A stretch of 59,747 nucleotides of DNA, filler included. It is 5 parts of 5 records of this genome, joined end to end, with 100 filler letters (N's around TTAATTAATTAA, not from the genome) between each part and the next. Parts side by side here need not be neighbours in the genome. Positions count along the whole stretch, not along the records: positions 52,889 to 59,747 come from SRR31156797_1661; 4 more parts are not named here. The stretch is one strand, 5' to 3'. The translations under genes and the position numbers were made by a program. The first letter of the stretch is position 1; the number at the start of each line of letters is the position of its first letter. Below are positions 58,204-59,747 of the stretch, one piece after another. The notes beneath the pieces are model-generated. The model made no database searches and was not told the origin of the DNA. It was given only the letters and a program-made list of their open reading frames with translations.

Positions 58204-58421
58204 CTGAGTTCCCCCCCAAATGCACTTTATTTGACGTTGCGCGATTCCGGTGCCGCCGTTTTCCCGCGGTTCCGAAGGATAACGCCGAAACGACGCAAGC
58301 TTTTTTTTTCGCCACTTAACCAGACAGATGTGACATCCGCAACCATAGGCCCACTCAGACATGCCCGACAGGTCATTTCTCTCCCGGATGACAACCCGCT
58401 GGGTAGTATCCTGAGTTTACC

Positions 58422-59747
58422 TTACCGCCCATTGAGCCGGTAGAACGGCTCGCCGAAGTCGAAACCTTCGAGCATGGCGTTGTGCCAGCGCTGGTGATGA
58501 GCCATCAGGCGTTTGATCGGTTCCTGCCGGGCCCGTTGCTCGTCCGTGATCCCGCGTTTGCAGAAATCCCGCACCTCGGCGTAAAGCGCCTCGACATCGA
58601 AATCCGTGAAGCGACCGCCGTCGTAAACCACCCGCCCGCCGACCATCACGGTATCCACGTTCGATCCCTTGGCCCGGCAGACCAGAAGCTCCGAGAGATC
58701 GGCTTCCGGGTCGGCCCAGGGCGCGTTCAGGATGGGGTCCGCGTCCAGCCATACGGCATCGGCGAACTGTCCCGGTTTCAGGGCACCGAGGGTCCCGCCA
58801 AAGCCCATGACACGGGCGGCATTCACCGTCGCCATCGGCAACACGTCGGACCCGCGCAGGGCCGGCGTGTCCGCCAGATCGAAACCCGGAACACGATGCA
58901 ACTGGTGGATCAGGCGCATCTCCATGAAGGGGTCTTCGTCGTCGTTGATGGACTTGTCATCGATGCCCATGGCAACGGTGACGCCGGCCCGCAGCAATTC
59001 GTAAACCGGCGAGATGCCGTTGCGCACCTGCAAATTACAGCTCGCATGGTGGGTAACCGATGCTCCGCGTGCCGCCAGCAGTGCGATGTCGTCTTGCGAT
59101 ATCCAGACCATGTGGCCGAACACCGTGTTCGGCCCGACCAGGCCGATGTCGTCGAGATGCGCCAGCAGGGACTTGCCGTACTTGCGATAGCCATAGGCCC
59201 GCTGGTGCGGCGTCTGCAGGGTGTGAAAATGGATCGGCACCCCACCCAATTCTTCGGCGCGGCCCCGGATGCGTTCGAACAATTTCGCCGTGCCGCCGTG
59301 CGCCCAACTCGGCCCCAGGATGATTTTGGTTCCGGGGTCGTCGTATTTGCCGTGCAGATGTTCGAACACCTCGAAGAAGCTTTCCTCGTCGGCATCCGGG
59401 TCGTAGTCCATGAAAGGTTCGGCCAGGGCACGCAGGTCGGCCGGCAGGGTTTCCAGGAACTCGCCCTCATCGCAGGCGAAGCGGTTGACGTTGCGGATCG
59501 CCGGCGAATAGGCAAACCTGATTCCGGTCTCGCGATAGGCGCCGATGGCACGCTCCGCGTTCTCCACCGCCTTCGGCCCCAGGTCGTCCCAGCCCGTGTG
59601 ATGCAGCGCCGTGCCGCCGGCGCACAGGTGCCGCACGGCGGTCAGCGCCGCGGCCAGGTCGTGGGGAAGTCCGATGCGCCAGGGTTCGTCGAGCAACATG
59701 TTTTCCAGGAAATCGTAGCCGACCCCGGCCTGGATGCGGGTCAGGCC
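58422..59747 (-). CDS. Metal-dependent amidohydrolase (deaminase/chlorohydrolase-like), 5' end outside the window
   Basis: IHFHTLQ, GHMVW, HHASCNL, MGIDD, GALKPGQFAD, VDTVMVGGRVV; the frame stays open to the window end. Confidence 0.88.
   Translation of the reverse strand, partial: GLTRIQAGVGYDFLENMLLDEPWRIGLPHDLAAALTAVRHLCAGGTALHHTGWDDLGPKAVENAERAIGAYRETGIRFAYSPAIRNVNRFACDEGEFLETLPADLRALAEPFMDYDPDADEESFFEVFEHLHGKYDDPGTKIILGPSWAHGGTAKLFERIRGRAEELGGVPIHFHTLQTPHQRAYGYRKYGKSLLAHLDDIGLVGPNTVFGHMVWISQDDIALLAARGASVTHHASCNLQVRNGISPVYELLRAGVTVAMGIDDKSINDDEDPFMEMRLIHQLHRVPGFDLADTPALRGSDVLPMATVNAARVMGFGGTLGALKPGQFADAVWLDADPILNAPWADPEADLSELLVCRAKGSNVDTVMVGGRVVYDGGRFTDFDVEALYAEVRDFCKRGITDEQRARQEPIKRLMAHHQRWHNAMLEGFDFGEPFYRLNGR

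Noticed and set aside
53078-59551. Long overlapping alternative-frame ORFs (e.g. 53681-54553, 57553-58443, 58910-59551)
   Set aside because: Expected in high-GC DNA, where stop codons are scarce; they overlap genes with clear family motifs.

Overview
The window is not one locus. It joins five unrelated contigs with 100-nt N-TTAATTAATTAA-N linkers (19568-19667, 27273-27372, 47533-47632, 52789-52888). (1) 1-19567 is low-GC Bacteroidota housekeeping DNA (gyrB, TPR + outer-membrane barrel, ftsE, rhomboid, M48 peptidase, folD, ffh, argS) and carries an intergenic 10 x 21-bp palindromic tandem array. (2) 19668-27272 is a Desulfobacterota-like MglA GTPase / roadblock / DUF4388 signalling cluster with an ATPase-less ExeA-like protein. 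(3) 27373-47532 is an apparently complete ~20.1-kb Bacteroidota integrative element bounded by tRNA-Ala(GGC) att repeats. It has an integrase-excisionase-primase-helicase backbone and a type I restriction-modification operon. Copies of the 3' ends of hsdS (four), hsdR and hsdM delimit single-gene cargo units in this operon, and the cargo includes two uracil-DNA-glycosylase-superfamily genes and a MaoP-like gene. This cassette-like RM locus is the best candidate for an undescribed system. (4) 47633-52788 is a Bacteroidota TPR/FG-GAP/ASPIC-UnbV lipoprotein with periplasmic binding proteins. (5) 52889-59747 is a high-GC alphaproteobacterial contig (clpB, AlkA-like glycosylase, methyltransferase, FemAB/GNAT, Maf-type glycosyltransferase, amidohydrolase). 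All family and taxon assignments come from motif recognition by eye; no searches were run.
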